A stretch of DNA of 64,000 bases from Steroidobacteraceae bacterium (GTDB lineage Bacteria; Pseudomonadota; Gammaproteobacteria; Steroidobacterales; Steroidobacteraceae), in NCBI GenBank assembly GCA_035643995.1, contig DASQPK010000064.1, positions 3,616 to 67,615 of the forward strand. Reading direction: 5' to 3'. Made by a program: the position numbers and the translations under genes. Positions 19,907 to 29,526 of this stretch are shown one piece after another (the stretch's first letter is position 1; each line of letters starts with the position of its first letter). A model generated the notes under the pieces. That model made no database searches, was not told the DNA's origin, and saw nothing but the letters and a program-made list of their open reading frames with translations.

Positions 19907-20697
19907 CCGGACACCTCGATGACGCGCCTGATGGGTCCCCAATCCTTGAACTGAACGATGATTTCCACCGCCACAGGCCGCGTTTGATCCGCAGCACCGT
20001 TCGCGCCGCCTTGAATGGCCGTGCCTTCCGGCCATTGGTTTTGCCAGGCCTGATTGGCATCGAGATAGCGCAGCTGCACACCCTTCACGCCGGTGAGCAA
20101 ATCCTGCACCACCGGCTTATTGCCTTGCACGGTGTCCAAGTTGGTTTGGTAGCTGCGCTTGAGCACTTCGCCGACCAGGGCGTAGGAGACCCTTTGCAAG
20201 GTGCTGCGTTGTTGGCCGGCGGTGTTGGACCAACCGGTGCGCGTCAAATCGACCATGGAAAGAGCATTCGGATCCGTCGTGGACCCAAAGCTGGATCCGG
20301 AATTGAAACTCATGCCCGGACTTGGATTGGAGCCTGAATTGAAGCTCATGCCGGAATTGGAGCTCGACGTCGAGCTTGCACCCAGGCTCGCGGAGGTGAC
20401 GGTGACACTGCCGGCGCCCGGCGTACCGTGGAACGCAGGAAGCCTGCCTTGTCCCAATATCTCGCGCACCGGCCGCGGCGCCAGTTGCGCAAAGTCCGAC
20501 GCCATCACGCGCATGCCGAATTCGATCTCGCGTGAGCGCTTCAACGAATCTTCGGTGCGTTCGGACGAGATGCGCGCGGCGCGGTAGGTCGAGTAACCCA
20601 TGGCCGACATGATTGCCAGGATCAGCATTGCGACCAAGATCTCCACCAAGGTGAAACCCGTGCTGCGGTCCTGCGATCGGGCGGATGGCCGCGTCAT
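19903..20697 (-). CDS. gspJ: Type II secretion system minor pseudopilin J (with Ser/Gly-rich insertion)
   Basis: Prepilin-type leader ending G|FTLVEILVAML. GspJ-like body (SLKRSREIEFGMRVMASDF ... LQRVSY). ATGA overlap with the gspI stop. 264 aa including an atypical SSTSSSNSGMSFNSGSNPSPGMSFNSGSSFGS insert. Confidence 0.85.
   Translation of the reverse strand: MTRPSARSQDRSTGFTLVEILVAMLILAIMSAMGYSTYRAARISSERTEDSLKRSREIEFGMRVMASDFAQLAPRPVREILGQGRLPAFHGTPGAGSVTVTSASLGASSTSSSNSGMSFNSGSNPSPGMSFNSGSSFGSTTDPNALSMVDLTRTGWSNTAGQQRSTLQRVSYALVGEVLKRSYQTNLDTVQGNKPVVQDLLTGVKGVQLRYLDANQAWQNQWPEGTAIQGGANGAADQTRPVAVEIIVQFKDWGPIRRVIEVSG
20297..20368 (-). repeat. Imperfect 36-nt (12-codon) tandem repeat inside gspJ
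   Basis: CCGGAATTGAAACTCATGCC (20297-20316) and CCTGAATTGAAGCTCATGCC (20333-20352) match at 18/20 positions at a 36-nt period. A third partial CCGGAATTGG lies at 20351. The unit encodes GMSFNSGS repeats. Confidence 0.6.
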
Positions 20698-21245
20698 GGC
20701 GTCGTCGGTGGGACAGCGGGCGGGATTGGCGCCGGGCCAATGGGCACACCCGGTGGATTCCTGCCCGGTGGATTGCTGCCGGGCGGGGGTGTCGTGGGCG
20801 CGCCCGGGGCCCCCTGGGTGAGAGTTCCCATGGTCCAGTCGACAGTGGTGGAACCCGGTGGTGCCAATGAGCCGCCGAGAAAGCCGACCGCCTGAGCGAT
20901 AGGGTTGCCCTTGGTTTTGGCATCGCCGCGGTATACCCGGACCACCACGCGTTTCATGCTGGCAATGCTGGTGTCGAAGTAACGGGTATCGTAGTGCCAC
21001 TTGCGGCTGCCGAAATCGAGTTCCCCGGTGTCGGTGTTTTGGCCAAACTTGACCACGTTGAGCCGCACCTCCGTGAGGCGATTGAGCGCAATCCATTGGG
21101 CAAGCGACTTGTCCCGTAAAAACCCGCTGGTGCGCGCAGTGCCGTTGACGGCCACCATGAGCGCCGTCAGCCCAACCGCCACGATCATCAGAGCGACCAA
21201 TACTTCGACCAATGTAAAGCCGCGGGCGCGCTGCGACAGTTTCAA
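20694..21245 (-). CDS. gspI: Type II secretion system minor pseudopilin I (with Pro-rich C-terminal extension)
   Basis: Prepilin leader RG|FTLVEVLVAL. GspI body (AQWIALNRLTEVRL). 183 aa, with the last ~60 aa Pro/Gly/Thr-rich. ATGA overlaps on both sides. Confidence 0.88.
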   Translation of the reverse strand: MKLSQRARGFTLVEVLVALMIVAVGLTALMVAVNGTARTSGFLRDKSLAQWIALNRLTEVRLNVVKFGQNTDTGELDFGSRKWHYDTRYFDTSIASMKRVVVRVYRGDAKTKGNPIAQAVGFLGGSLAPPGSTTVDWTMGTLTQGAPGAPTTPPPGSNPPGRNPPGVPIGPAPIPPAVPPTTP

Positions 21246-21778
21246 CTGCGCTTTTCCACTTTGTTGGAATTCTCGCGCGAGATTTTCCCGAGCGCATCGC
21301 CGTCCACCGACGCCTTGGCTTGGGTGGCATCCCGCTGCAGGGTCAGCCGGAACGGCGTTCCTTCACCGCTGGCGGCGATCGCTACCTGGGGATTGGGTGC
21401 ATCGCCGCCGGAGATATTCCGATCGATGGCTTTTATCACGACGGTCTGCGAGTCGAGTTGCAGTTGAAACGTGACGCCCTTGGGCAAATCACGGTGTCGA
21501 AATTCGCGCTCCTGGTCGAGCATCATCCAGCGATCGCGGCGCGGATCGTAGACCACGAATTCATAGGCGGCGGGCTCGATGCGCAGCCCGAAGTCCCGGC
21601 CCTCCAAAAGTGCGCGTTCATGCAGCAGACCGACCAGGCCCTCGATGCGCCGGCTCTCCTCATCGAGTTGGCTGTCCCGTCCCGTTGAACTGACCGACAA
21701 TACGGTGACCGAAATGACCACGGCCATGATCACGATCACGACCAGAATTTCGACGAGAGTAAAGCCCTTGCTGCGCAT
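21242..21778 (-). CDS. gspH: Type II secretion system minor pseudopilin H
   Basis: Leader MRSKG|FTLVEILVVIVIM; 178 aa; position between gspG and gspI. Confidence 0.88.
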   Translation of the reverse strand: MRSKGFTLVEILVVIVIMAVVISVTVLSVSSTGRDSQLDEESRRIEGLVGLLHERALLEGRDFGLRIEPAAYEFVVYDPRRDRWMMLDQEREFRHRDLPKGVTFQLQLDSQTVVIKAIDRNISGGDAPNPQVAIAASGEGTPFRLTLQRDATQAKASVDGDALGKISRENSNKVEKRS

Positions 21779-21801
21779 GTTGCGCGATCGCCTGAGCGAA
21801 C

Positions 21802-22236
21802 CTATTTCTGTTCGATAGAAAAGCTGTTGATGTCCGCGTCGGGACCTTCGCCGCCGGGCTTGCCATCGCGGCCATAGGAGGTGATGTCGTACTCACGTCC
21901 GTCCGCGCCCGGACTCGTATACAGATAGGCGTTGCCCCAGGGGTCCTTGGGAATAGAGGTCAAATAGCCGTGAGACGGATAGTTGGTGATCGTCGGGTCT
22001 GCGGGTTGCCTGACCAGCGCTTGTAAGCCTTGCTCGGTGGTCGGATATTTAAAATTGTCCAAGCGGTACAGGTCCAGGGCTGTGCCAATCGAGCGGATAT
22101 CCGTCTTTGCGGCCGTGATGCGTGCCGTGTCAACCTTGCCCAAAATATTTGGCACCACGAGTGCGCCGAGCACTGCCAGAATGACCACGACGACCATGAT
22201 TTCGATTAGGGTAAAACCGCTGTGGCGATTGCGCAT
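21802..22236 (-). CDS. gspG: Type II secretion system major pseudopilin G
   Basis: Leader G|FTLIEIMVVVVIL. Highly conserved GspG core (LDLYRLDN..YPTTEQGLQALV, PKDPWGN.Y.Y.SPG..G.YDI.SYG.DG). Confidence 0.95.
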   Translation of the reverse strand: MRNRHSGFTLIEIMVVVVILAVLGALVVPNILGKVDTARITAAKTDIRSIGTALDLYRLDNFKYPTTEQGLQALVRQPADPTITNYPSHGYLTSIPKDPWGNAYLYTSPGADGREYDITSYGRDGKPGGEGPDADINSFSIEQK

Positions 22237-22282
22237 AGTGACCTCGAAAATTCCGCAGATGATAGCAAAATAGAGAAGATCG

Positions 22283-22900
22283 ATGCCCCGTGATGCCGCA
22301 CACGCCTTTGCACAGATCGCTGCAGCACTACAGTGGGATCGCGGCCGATGGATTTGGTTGCTTCTGATTTTGCTGCTGTTGGGCGCCGTGTTGGGTCTTG
22401 GCGACAGTGTCAGCGCCTTGTTGCGCTATGATCGCAGCGCTATTGCGGCGGGGGGTTGGTGGCGGTTGCTTACGGCCCACATCGTGCACCTCGATGTTCA
22501 CCACTTGATCCTGAACGAATTGGGTCTGGTGCTGGTGTGGTCCTTGTTCGCGCAGGACTACGATGCCGTGGAGTGGTGCGCCATCGTATTGAGCGGGGCT
22601 TTGGCGATCAGTTCCGGGCTTTGGTGGCTGAGCCCCCGTGTCAGCTGGTATGTCGGCGCATCGGGAGTTCTGCATACCGTCATGGCCGCGGGGGCGGCGA
22701 AGCATCTTGCGGCGCGCGCCTGGGACCGCTGGATACTGTCCTTGGGATTGTGCGTCAAAGTGGCGTGGGAGCAGTGGGGCGGGCATTCAGCGCCGCTGGT
22801 GGTGGTCGATGCCCATTTGTATGGCGCGGCATGCGGATTTGCGGTAGGAGCTGCACTGTCCTGGCGGACCGCTATAATTCGCCACCGTTCACAGGCTTGA
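22283..22900 (+). CDS. rrtA: Rhomboid-family intramembrane serine protease, rhombosortase-like
   Basis: 205 aa with ~6 TM segments. WWRLLTAHIVHLDVHHLILN motif, catalytic Ser in GASGVLH and catalytic His in AHLYGAACGF. Minimal rhomboid core without extra domains, as in rhombosortases. Confidence 0.7.
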   Translation: MPRDAAHAFAQIAAALQWDRGRWIWLLLILLLLGAVLGLGDSVSALLRYDRSAIAAGGWWRLLTAHIVHLDVHHLILNELGLVLVWSLFAQDYDAVEWCAIVLSGALAISSGLWWLSPRVSWYVGASGVLHTVMAAGAAKHLAARAWDRWILSLGLCVKVAWEQWGGHSAPLVVVDAHLYGAACGFAVGAALSWRTAIIRHRSQA

Positions 22901-22913
22901 GGATTATCAGTTC

Positions 22914-23852
22914 ATGTCGCTTGCCTTTGTATTTCCCGGCCAGGCTTCCCAGTCCGTCGGCATGATGAGCGCCTTGGCGAAGCTTTCGCCGGTCATTGCA
23001 GCGACCTTTGCCGAGGCGAGCGGCGTGCTGGGTTACGATCTGTGGCAGCGCTGCCAGGAAGGTCCCGCCGAGTTGCTGAATTCGACAGAATGCACCCAGC
23101 CGGCATTGTTGACGGCCGGTGTCGCGACGTATCGGCTGTGGCGCGAACGGGGCGGAGCCACGCCGGCGATGATGGCGGGTCATAGCCTTGGGGAGTTCAC
23201 CGCTTTGGTGGCTGCAGAGTATTTGGACTTCAAGACCGCCGTGGATCTCGTGAAATACCGCGGTGAACTCATGCAGGCGGCCGTGCCGAGCGGTCAAGGC
23301 GCGATCGCCGCCATATTGGGACTGGAAGACGCCGATGTCGAAGCGGCGTGCCAGGAAGCCTCGCAGGGCGAGGTTGTCGAAGCGGTGAATTTCAATGCAC
23401 CCGGCCAGGTGGTCATTGCGGGGCTTGCCCCCGCCGTGGCTCGCGCCATCGAGATCGCGACCGCGAAGGGAGCACGCCGCGCAATGACGCTGCCCATGAG
23501 TGTTCCCGCGCATAGCTCTCTGATGCAGCCGGCGGCCGAAAAATTGCGAATTCGGCTGGCCGGCACGCCGTTGGCGGAGCGCTCCGCGGTGAAAGTGTAC
23601 GGCGTCGATTGCCGGATATACTCCGCCGGGAGTGATATACGGAGCGGCCTGGTCAAGCAATTATCGACGCCGGTGTACTGGGCGGCGACGGTTCGCACCA
23701 TGATTTCCGCGGGCGCGACGCAAATCATCGAGTGCGGTCCGGGAAGGGTATTGACGGCGCTGAATCGGCGCGTGGACAAGAATCGGGATCTTGAAATGCT
23801 GGCGCTGGAAGATCCGCAGAATTTGGATGATGCGCTGGCTGCGGTGGCATGA
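22914..23852 (+). CDS. fabD: Malonyl CoA-ACP transacylase
   Basis: FVFPGQASQ, active-site GHSLGEFTALV, and position upstream of fabG-acpP-fabF. Confidence 0.95.
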   Translation: MSLAFVFPGQASQSVGMMSALAKLSPVIAATFAEASGVLGYDLWQRCQEGPAELLNSTECTQPALLTAGVATYRLWRERGGATPAMMAGHSLGEFTALVAAEYLDFKTAVDLVKYRGELMQAAVPSGQGAIAAILGLEDADVEAACQEASQGEVVEAVNFNAPGQVVIAGLAPAVARAIEIATAKGARRAMTLPMSVPAHSSLMQPAAEKLRIRLAGTPLAERSAVKVYGVDCRIYSAGSDIRSGLVKQLSTPVYWAATVRTMISAGATQIIECGPGRVLTALNRRVDKNRDLEMLALEDPQNLDDALAAVA

Positions 23853-24589
23853 GAATGTTGAACGGAGAGATTGCATTGGTGACCGGCGCTTCGCGCGGCA
23901 TCGGGGCGGCCATAGCGGAACGGCTCTGCAGCGATGGCGCGCGGGTCATCGGCACGGCGACCACGCCCGAGGGAGCCGCTCGCATCACGGAAGCGCTCGC
24001 GGCACGCGGCGGACGCGGTGCGGTGCTCGACGTGATCAGTCAGGAGTCGATCGATGCGCTGATTGATGACATTGAAGCCAGGGAAGGGCCTGTCGGCATC
24101 CTGTGCAACAATGCCGGCATTACCCGCGATACCCTGTTGCTGCGGATGAAGCAAGATGACTGGGATGCCGTCATCCAAACCAATCTCGCCTCCGTGTTCC
24201 GGCTCTCCAAAGCCGTATTGCGCGGCATGATGAAGGCCCGCAAGGGGCGCATTGTCAGCATCACCTCGGTGGTGGGTCTGACCGGGAATCCCGGACAGGC
24301 AAATTATGCCGCCGCCAAGGCCGGTATCATCGGATTCACCAAATCGCTGGCTCGCGAAGTCGGCTCCCGCGGCATCACGGCCAATGCGATTGCCCCCGGG
24401 TTCATCGATACGGACATGACACGCGCATTGAATGAGGCACAACGTGCCGCGATTAACGCTCAAATCCCCTTGGGAAGGCTGGGCCGGCCGGCCGATATTG
24501 CCGCAGCGGTGGCATTTTTATGTTCAGCGGACGCGGCCTATGTCACCGGCGAAACGCTGCACGTGAACGGCGGGATGTACATGCCATGA
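23849..24589 (+). CDS. fabG: 3-oxoacyl-ACP reductase
   Basis: ALVTGASRGIG, NNAGITRD, catalytic Y..AK (NYAAAKAG), C-terminal TLHVNGGMYM. ATGA overlap with fabD. Confidence 0.95.
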   Translation: MRMLNGEIALVTGASRGIGAAIAERLCSDGARVIGTATTPEGAARITEALAARGGRGAVLDVISQESIDALIDDIEAREGPVGILCNNAGITRDTLLLRMKQDDWDAVIQTNLASVFRLSKAVLRGMMKARKGRIVSITSVVGLTGNPGQANYAAAKAGIIGFTKSLAREVGSRGITANAIAPGFIDTDMTRALNEAQRAAINAQIPLGRLGRPADIAAAVAFLCSADAAYVTGETLHVNGGMYMP

Positions 24590-24781
24590 GCGCATTTGGG
24601 CCCTACGGGGCACCCTCAGTCGCGCTGTTTTGTCAAGCAAGCCGGGGTACGCCCGAAATCAAATGTGCGGTCATGGTAGCCGCCGTCGCCGCGTTCACAT
24701 AAAATACGCGCCCGGTCGATGCCGCTGGTCGCAAGGGTTCTTAAACCGCATGAATAGCAATTCCGAGAGGACACCATAACG

Positions 24782-25024
24782 ATGAGTACTGTTGAGCAGC
24801 AGGTTAAAAAGATCGTGGCCGAACAGTTGGGCGTTAAAGAAGAAGAAGTCACCAATGATGCCTCGTTCGTCGACGATTTAGGGGCCGACTCGCTGGACAC
24901 GGTGGAACTGGTGATGGCGCTCGAGGAAGAATTCGAGACGGAAATTCCGGATGAAGACGCCGAAAAGATCACCACCGTGCAGCAGGCAATCGACTATATC
25001 AATTCGCACAAGGGCAAGGCTTGA
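24782..25024 (+). CDS. acpP: Acyl carrier protein
   Basis: 80 aa with the phosphopantetheine attachment motif [20 protein letters not shown]. Confidence 0.97.
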   Translation: MSTVEQQVKKIVAEQLGVKEEEVTNDASFVDDLGADSLDTVELVMALEEEFETEIPDEDAEKITTVQQAIDYINSHKGKA

Positions 25025-25081
25025 AGCCCTGTTGATTCCGCGCACATCGTCCTTTGTTCAAATCCTAGATAGGGGTTGGCA

Positions 25082-26323
25082 TTGAGCAAACGACGCGTCG
25101 TCATTACGGGTCTTGGGGTCGTCTCGCCGGTCGGCAACGATGTGGCGGCTGCGTGGGCCTCTATTTTGGGCGGACGCAGCGGCATCGCACCCATCGAGCG
25201 GTTCGATACCACCAGCTTTCCAACGCACTTCGGCGGCGAAATCAGAAAGCTGGCGCTGGAACCCTACATGAGCGCCAAGGACGCGCGCCGCATGGACGCG
25301 TTCATGCAGTACGGCGTCGTGGCCGGGATTCAGGCGATGCGCGATTCCGGATTCGAGGTGACCGAGGCCAATTCGGATCGCATCGGCATCATGATGGGAT
25401 CGGGCATGGGCGGCCTGGAGTCGATCGAACAGACCTACGATAAATATCTGGAGACGAACTCTCCGCGGAAGGTCTCGCCGTTTTTCATTCCCGCCAGCAT
25501 CATCAATTTGGTCAGCGGGCATTTGTCGATCGTGTTCAAGATCACGGGCCCGAATTTGGCGGTCGCCACCGCCTGCACAACTTCCACGCATGCGCTGGGA
25601 TTGGCAATGCGCCTGATCCAATACGGTGAGGCCGATGCGATGCTGGCCGGCGGTTCCGAGATGGCAACGTGCGTCACCGGCATGAGCGGCTTCGCACAGG
25701 CGAAAGCGCTGTCGCAACGCAACGCTGATCCGCAGGCCGCGAGTCGTCCCTGGGACAAGGATCGCGATGGTTTCGTCATGGGAGACGGTGCCGGCGCCAT
25801 GCTGCTCGAGGAGCACGAGCACGCAAAGGCTCGAGGGGCGAAAATCTACGCGGAAATCGTCGGCTTCGGCATGAGCGGTGATGCCTTCCATGTCACGGCA
25901 CCGCCCGAGGACGGCGAGGGTGCGCGCAAGGCCATGTCCAAAGCACTCGCCGATGCGCAGTTGAATCCCGATCAAGTTCAGTACGTCAACGCTCACGCCA
26001 CTTCGACCGAGCTCGGCGATCGTGCCGAAACCCTCGCGATACGCCGCGCGTTCGGCGCGGCTGCCGACAAGTTGGCTGTCAGCTCCACCAAATCCATGAC
26101 CGGACATTTACTGGGGGCCGCAGGAGCGGTCGAGGCCATTTTCTCCGTGCTGGCGCTGCGCGATCAAGTGGCGCCCCCCACCATCAACCTGCACCAGCCG
26201 GGCGAGGGCTGCGACCTTGATTACGTGCCGAACACCGCCCGTCAAATGCCGCTCACCTACACCCTTTCCAATTCATTCGGGTTCGGTGGCACGAACGGTT
26301 CGCTCATTTTCCGCCGAATTTGA
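25082..26323 (+). CDS. fabF: 3-oxoacyl-ACP synthase II
   Basis: [19 protein letters not shown]-terminus, active-site ACTTS Cys, HATST and GHLLGAAG motifs. TTG at 25082 lies 6 nt after an AGGGG SD; the ORF-track TTG at 25076 abuts the SD. Confidence 0.93.
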   Translation: MSKRRVVITGLGVVSPVGNDVAAAWASILGGRSGIAPIERFDTTSFPTHFGGEIRKLALEPYMSAKDARRMDAFMQYGVVAGIQAMRDSGFEVTEANSDRIGIMMGSGMGGLESIEQTYDKYLETNSPRKVSPFFIPASIINLVSGHLSIVFKITGPNLAVATACTTSTHALGLAMRLIQYGEADAMLAGGSEMATCVTGMSGFAQAKALSQRNADPQAASRPWDKDRDGFVMGDGAGAMLLEEHEHAKARGAKIYAEIVGFGMSGDAFHVTAPPEDGEGARKAMSKALADAQLNPDQVQYVNAHATSTELGDRAETLAIRRAFGAAADKLAVSSTKSMTGHLLGAAGAVEAIFSVLALRDQVAPPTINLHQPGEGCDLDYVPNTARQMPLTYTLSNSFGFGGTNGSLIFRRI

Positions 26324-27659
26324 GCCGCTAGATCTCGTCGAACAATTTCCGGAGGTCTATCCGGGACTGCTCGAGAGTGGTTCAGAGCTGTCGGCGGGCG
26401 TAAGCGCCCGCTACGATATTCTGCCCTTTGCATCCGGTGAGCACCTGCTGCTCGATGCCGAACGCCGATTGACCGGCCCTCATGCCGGTGATCAGGGATT
26501 TTTATGCGCCCTCGAGGACTGGTGGAAATCGTTGCGGCCGGCCGAATCGGCCGATGCGTCGTCCTCGCCGGCGGATCATTTGCCATTCACCGGCGGTTGG
26601 CTGGTGTATCTCGGGTACGAGCTGGCATCGGAGATCGAGTCCCGGTTGGCGTTGCCCCGGAGTCCGGATCCGGTCGTCGCGCTGGCATTGCGCACCCCCG
26701 CGGCGTGGTTGCGCGATCGCGCAACCGGGGAGGGCTGGCTCATCGCCGAGACGGGCAGCGAAGCCATGCTGGAAGATTTCGAACGGCGCGTTGCCCGGTT
26801 GCGCGCCGCGGCGCCTTCTCACGGCACAGTATTCCAGATCGACGAAGATGAGCCGTCGAAGTTTCTCGCGGCGGTGCGTCGCGCACTCGAGCACACGGCT
26901 GCGGGCGATGTGTACCAGACCAACCTTTCGCGGCAGTGGCGGGCGACCGCGTCGCGGCCGTTCAGCCCGGTTGAGATCTACAAGCGATTGCGCAGCACCA
27001 ACCCCAGTCCCTTTGCGGCGATCCTGCGCCATGAGGATTTTGCGCTGCTGAGCTCCTCGCCGGAGCGCCTGGTGCAGGTGCGGGGCGGCGCCGTTTCAAC
27101 ACGTCCGATTGCCGGTACTCGGCCGCGTGGCGCCAGCATTGAGGATGATGAGGCGTTGATTCGCTCACTGCTGGACAATGAGAAAGAGCGTGCGGAACAC
27201 GTGATGTTGATCGATTTGGAGCGCAATGACCTGGGCCGCGTGTGTATCGGCGGATCCGTGCAGGTCGACGAATACATGAGCGTCGAGACCTACGCACATG
27301 TGCATCACATCGTCTCGAATGTGAACGGCCGCTTGCGAAGCGACGTATCGCCGATCGCGGTCATCCGCGCGCTGTTTCCGGGCGGTACGATCACCGGTTG
27401 TCCGAAGATTCGCTGCATGCAAATCATCGCCGAGCTCGAAGGCTGCGGCCGGGGCGCCTATACAGGATCGATCGGCTACTTGAATCGCGACGGCAGTTGC
27501 GATTTCAATATTCTGATTCGCACCATGACGGCGCAAGATGCGACGCTCAAGTTTCGAGCCGGCGCCGGCATTGTCGCGGACTCCGTTCCGGCGCAGGAAT
27601 TGGCGGAAACAAGGGCGAAGGCCGAAGGACTGCTGCGCGCCTTGGGAATGCGGGAATGA
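26286..27659 (+). CDS. pabB: Aminodeoxychorismate synthase component I
   Basis: Chorismate-binding family motifs ([22 protein letters not shown]). Start uncertain: there is no ATG/GTG/TTG between the fabF stop and the conserved N-terminal region, so GTG 26286 (38-nt overlap with fabF) is the best candidate. Confidence 0.85.
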   Translation: MARTVRSFSAEFEPLDLVEQFPEVYPGLLESGSELSAGVSARYDILPFASGEHLLLDAERRLTGPHAGDQGFLCALEDWWKSLRPAESADASSSPADHLPFTGGWLVYLGYELASEIESRLALPRSPDPVVALALRTPAAWLRDRATGEGWLIAETGSEAMLEDFERRVARLRAAAPSHGTVFQIDEDEPSKFLAAVRRALEHTAAGDVYQTNLSRQWRATASRPFSPVEIYKRLRSTNPSPFAAILRHEDFALLSSSPERLVQVRGGAVSTRPIAGTRPRGASIEDDEALIRSLLDNEKERAEHVMLIDLERNDLGRVCIGGSVQVDEYMSVETYAHVHHIVSNVNGRLRSDVSPIAVIRALFPGGTITGCPKIRCMQIIAELEGCGRGAYTGSIGYLNRDGSCDFNILIRTMTAQDATLKFRAGAGIVADSVPAQELAETRAKAEGLLRALGMRE

Positions 27660-28480
27660 GCGTGTGGATCAACGGCCGGCAGCGCGCGACGGTCGATTAT
27701 CGCGATCGGGGTTTGCAATACGGCGACGGCGTTTTTGAAACCATGAGGGTGCGGCGGCGCGGCATCAGGCTGTTGGATTTTCACCTCCAGCGTCTCTACC
27801 AGGGATGCCGGCGGTTGAAGATTCGGCCACCTAAAGCGCTGCTTTTGCGGCGCGAATTGGAGCGCATTGCGGCCCGGCGCAGCGAGGGGGTACTCAAGCT
27901 GATAGTCACTCGAGGCTGCGGACCGCGCGGCTACCGGCCGTCGGGGTGCGAACGAGCCACGCGAATCGCGACGCTGCACGCCCTGCCTGCGGTCGCACCG
28001 GCCGATGCGGCAATTTCGGTGCGGCTGCGCGTATGCGCGACGCGCTTGAGCACAAGTCCGAGCCTCGCGGGCCTGAAAACATTGAACCGCCTCGACTCTG
28101 TCCTGGCACGCAGCGAGTGGACGGATGGCCGTATCTGGGAGGGATTGATGAGGGATGTCGACGGCAACTGGGTCTGCGGTACGATGTCCAACTTGTTTCT
28201 CAGGCGCGGCACTGTTCTGATGACGCCGCTGCTGGATCGCTGCGGTGTGGCCGGCGTCATGCGCCGCTGGATTTTGGAACGTGCCGGCGGCTTGCGCCTG
28301 CGGGCCGTGGAGCGGCGCATCGGCTGGAAAGACTTGCAGTCGGCAGAGGAAGTGTTTATGAGCAACGCCGTCGTTGGGATACGCTCAGTGCGCACGATCG
28401 AAGGCGCACGCTTCGGAAACCTGCGATTTATTTGCTCGGACACCGCGCAACAACTGCGCTCGCTTCTGGATAGGCAGTGA
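27656..28480 (+). CDS. pabC: Aminodeoxychorismate lyase (class IV aminotransferase fold)
   Basis: RGLQYGDGVFETMRV, LKTLNRL, GVAGVMR motifs. ATGA overlap with pabB. Confidence 0.88.
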   Translation: MSVWINGRQRATVDYRDRGLQYGDGVFETMRVRRRGIRLLDFHLQRLYQGCRRLKIRPPKALLLRRELERIAARRSEGVLKLIVTRGCGPRGYRPSGCERATRIATLHALPAVAPADAAISVRLRVCATRLSTSPSLAGLKTLNRLDSVLARSEWTDGRIWEGLMRDVDGNWVCGTMSNLFLRRGTVLMTPLLDRCGVAGVMRRWILERAGGLRLRAVERRIGWKDLQSAEEVFMSNAVVGIRSVRTIEGARFGNLRFICSDTAQQLRSLLDRQ

Positions 28481-29526
28481 CCCGACTGCGCGTCGGCATT
28501 GCACTGGTCGTGTTGCTGCTGGGCGCCGCTGCTGCCGCGGTTTTTTGGTCCGGCGTGCGCAGTCTCGATGCCCCTTTGAGGCTGGGGGCACCGCTGCGAT
28601 TCAAAGTGACGCCCGGAGCGAGCTTCGCACATGTGGCGACGGAACTGGCAACGCAGGGAGTCGTCGCTCAGCCAAGAGCGTGGATCCTGTACGCGAGGTT
28701 GAAGAGACTTGCGCCGGCGGTCAAGGCGGGCGAATACGAAATCCAACCGGGTACCACGCCGCGCGAGCTGCTGTTGAAAATGGTGAACGGCCAGGTACTG
28801 CTGCATTCGTTGACGATCGTGGATGGTTGGCGCGTCCAGGACTTGCTCGATGCCTTGCGGCGCAGTCCCGACATCGTATCCACGCTGCCGGAGCAGACGG
28901 CACCCTCAGTGCTGGGCGCGACCATCATGACCAGGCTCGGGGCGCCCGGCATCGATGCCGAAGGACAGTTCCTGCCCGAGACTTACCGCTTCATCGGGGG
29001 CACCACGGACATCGAATTGCTTCGTCAGGCACATGCTGCGTTGGTTCGGGAACTGGACGCGGCGTGGACGGATCGGGCTCCGGATCTGCGGTTGCACAGC
29101 GCCAATGAGCTTTTGATCATGGCCTCGATCGTCCAGAAGGAGAGCGGATTGCCGCAGGAACTCGCCAGGATTGCCGGCTTGTACCTGCATCGCCTAGGTG
29201 TAGGCATGCGCTTGCAAGCGGACCCCACCGTGATCTACGGTTTGGGGGAACAGTACGATGGCGACATTCACACCGTGGATCTGCGCACCGACGGGCCTTA
29301 CAACACCTATACCCGCGCCGGCCTGCCGCCGACGCCCATTGCCCTGGCCGGTGCCGCGGTCATTCGCGCAACGGCTCGTCCGGAGAAAACCGACGCCCTC
29401 TATTTTGTCGCCTCGACCAAAGGAGACGGCAGCCACATTTTTTCCGCCACGCTCGAGCAGCATAACGCCGCAGTCGCAGCCTACGTCGCGCATCAGCGCA
29501 AAGCGGCTGAAGGATCCCCGCGATGA
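28477..29526 (+). CDS. mltG: Endolytic murein transglycosylase MltG (YceG family)
   Basis: N-terminal TM, LysM-like segment, ASIVQKESG catalytic-Glu region, YNTYTRAGLPPTPIA motif. GTGA overlap with pabC. Confidence 0.92.
   Translation: MTRLRVGIALVVLLLGAAAAAVFWSGVRSLDAPLRLGAPLRFKVTPGASFAHVATELATQGVVAQPRAWILYARLKRLAPAVKAGEYEIQPGTTPRELLLKMVNGQVLLHSLTIVDGWRVQDLLDALRRSPDIVSTLPEQTAPSVLGATIMTRLGAPGIDAEGQFLPETYRFIGGTTDIELLRQAHAALVRELDAAWTDRAPDLRLHSANELLIMASIVQKESGLPQELARIAGLYLHRLGVGMRLQADPTVIYGLGEQYDGDIHTVDLRTDGPYNTYTRAGLPPTPIALAGAAVIRATARPEKTDALYFVASTKGDGSHIFSATLEQHNAAVAAYVAHQRKAAEGSPR

Noticed and set aside
23294-26107. 389-aa and 349-aa minus-strand ORFs antisense to fabD/fabG and fabF
   Set aside because: The sense strand encodes highly conserved fatty-acid synthesis enzymes with intact catalytic motifs. 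The antisense products have no recognisable features.
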